A DNA stretch of 64,000 bases from Ruditapes philippinarum (Eukaryota): contig NW_026858822.1 of the NCBI RefSeq assembly GCF_026571515.1, positions 124,001 through 188,000 on the forward strand, given 5' to 3'. Below are positions 62,501 to 64,000 of this stretch, in pieces. The number at the start of each line of letters is the position of its first letter. Position 1 is the stretch's first letter. The notes under the pieces were generated by a model. That model was given only the letters and a program-made list of their open reading frames with translations. It was not told the DNA's origin and did no database searches. The translations under genes and the position numbers were made by a program.

Positions 62501-63172
62501 TTCACTGAAGGTATCTTAGAAAACTTCGGTGTTGGAGGTTAGTATGTAGCTATATAATTATGATAGAATCAAAGTTCGATATTGTGTCTTTTACAAGAAG
62601 TTTTATAAAGCACTTTCATAAGGCTATATTTGAATTTTTAGCAAGACATAGTGCCCATTTGCTAGCTGGATAGCTTCTGTAAATGAAACAATAAGTCCCT
62701 AACCCAGCTAGCATCAGTTAATGATTGACTAAGCCCAATATCCAGCTAGCTTCTGTAAATAAAAGAATAAGCCCCACATCTAGCTAGCTTCTGTAAATAA
62801 AAGAACAAGTCCCACATCCAGCTAGCTTCTGTAAATAAAAGAATAAGCCCCACATCCAGATAGCTTCTGTAAATGAAAGAATAAGCCCCACATGTAGCTA
62901 GTTTCTGTAAATGAAAGAATAAGCCTGACATCCCTTAGAAATATCCCTTACTGAACAGAAGAAAAGGTTACTTGTTTAAGCAAAACTATTACAAAATGTA
63001 TTAAAGTACCTATGATACTGTTACAGGTTACTTCATGGATGATGATACAGGCCTACCTGTGAAGGGATCCTGGTGGAAATATCTGTATGCCACTATTGTA
63101 CTGGTCCTATGTCTGCTAGTTTGTTTGGTGGGTGGATCCATGTTTGCTAAAACTCTGGCAGTCATTCTTGGG
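53520..63172 (+). CDS. SLC12A9: SLC12A9-like cation-chloride cotransporter, 5' part. Exons 53520-53829 (alternative exon B), 57796-57930, 62403-62537 and 63027-63172; continues beyond the window
   Basis: [28 protein letters not shown]|FVVGQAG...[17 protein letters not shown]|[16 protein letters not shown]...GFTE..|..[28 protein letters not shown]. All junctions are phase-compatible. Confidence 0.92.
54806..55040. mobile_element. Sola-like palindromic MITE, TSD ATAT
   Basis: atat|gagccg...aagctc|atat. Confidence 0.9.
55212..55318. repeat. ~105-bp imperfect palindrome (probable small MITE)
   Basis: aagaaacataatttgtcaccttagcgcagtaa ... ttactgcactaaggtgacaatttattgtttctt. Confidence 0.7.
57233..57501. 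mobile_element. Tc1/mariner(pogo)-like MITE
   Basis: ta|cagtaaattctg ... cagactttactg|ta. Confidence 0.65.
58040..59945 (+). mobile_element. Non-autonomous Helentron/HINE-like element carrying about 10 copies of a ~166-bp satellite unit
   Basis: 5' ttttagctcacctgtcac..gtgacagggtgagc, a (CGTC)n tract, ttggccccgc recurring about every 166 bp, 3' caggtgagc with hairpin gggccatcatggccc, and T-rich flanks. Confidence 0.88.
60406..60640. mobile_element. Sola-like palindromic MITE, TSD AAAT, opposite orientation
   Basis: aaat|gagccg...cggctc|aaat. The central spacer is reversed relative to the copy at 51783. Confidence 0.9.
61085..61400. repeat. ~37-40-bp AT-rich tandem repeat (tttactttaaaggcccttaaattcatttt)
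   Basis: Direct periodicity. Confidence 0.85.
62665..62932. repeat. ~39-bp tandem repeat (gctagcttctgtaaataaaagaataagccccacatcca)
   Basis: About 6 copies. Confidence 0.9.
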
Positions 63173-64000
63173 GTAGGTATTTCAATATTTTTATTATCTT
63201 GTCTTTGAACTTAAGGTTGCACAAAATAAATGTATGTTTCTGTTTCATCGGAATGTATAACTCCAAATGTTTGCCAGTCTTTACTTTATTTCGCAATGAT
63301 ACAATTTTTTTTATCCATTTGAATGGTATGATTTAAAATTGCTGTTTCGTTAGCATACTGTATAAGTGGTTCCCACCTAACTAGAGGTTTACTGGTACGA
63401 GACCCAGGTAATCCTCGCATGTATCAGTGCTATACACTGGGCATGTAAAAGAACCAAGGAATCTATTCAATGTGCTAGGGACTTGTTCAAGGATTCCCTT
63501 GTATCTCATAGCTGTCTCTAGAGGCTGCTGAGGTAAGGACCCTACTGGAAATAAGTGCTTGCACTTTCGTAGGTTATCCTTGACCGCCCGGTCTAAAGAA
63601 AATCAATCAATCAATGGTCAAGTTTGTGATGTGGAAATATTGGGGAATTTCCCGAATTGACGAAAATTGCTAAATTTCCTCTAGCATAAATATCAACCAT
63701 CCTGTCATGAAATTCTACCCTTGAATAATCCGCCAATATTTTCTCATGCAAAATGTCTGGAATATTAAATTCACGAACTTTTTTACACATGAAATATCCA
63801 CTTATACAGTACTTTTCAGCAAAAAACAACACACAATCTGCAAACTGGCCTTGTATAAAATTTTGTGCTCAAATTTTTAGCTCCAACTTAAAGAAAAGAA
63901 GGCGGAGCTATTGATTATGACCTACTGGGCAGCTTGGCATCGATTAACCTTGATGATTTCTTTTTACTAAAAGTCAAGGTCACTGGTCCCTGCTATAGCA

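Overview
AT-rich animal genomic DNA. The repeat families and gene types suggest a bivalve mollusc (inference). The main feature is a 17.2-kb IS3EU-type DNA transposon (11354-28578) with ~200-bp TIRs starting TACGG and an exact 6-bp TSD (CTATCT). It holds two convergent genes: a frameshifted integrase-core transposase (+) and a spliced cargo gene (-) whose 2358-nt last exon is fully open and encodes an Ig-like segment, a 13-aa repeat and a Ser/Thr kinase with intact motifs. Each TIR contains the same 45-nt ATG exon with a GTAAGT donor, so both genes appear to start inside the TIRs. Nested in the element are a 4.9-kb TTAA-flanked Kolobok-type transposon with a spliced transposase-DEDDh exonuclease fusion, a Helentron-like element, MITEs and a SINE fragment. 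Host genes are a partly decayed carbohydrate sulfotransferase (2340-4876, -), a three-exon gene for a small secreted 4-Cys/Gly-rich peptide (37558-39721, +), an intronless B-box/coiled-coil/NHL-like gene (41343-43034, +) and the 5' part of an SLC12A9-like transporter. The transporter has two alternative TM1 exons and a U12-type intron. All coordinates were read by eye and no database searches were run.
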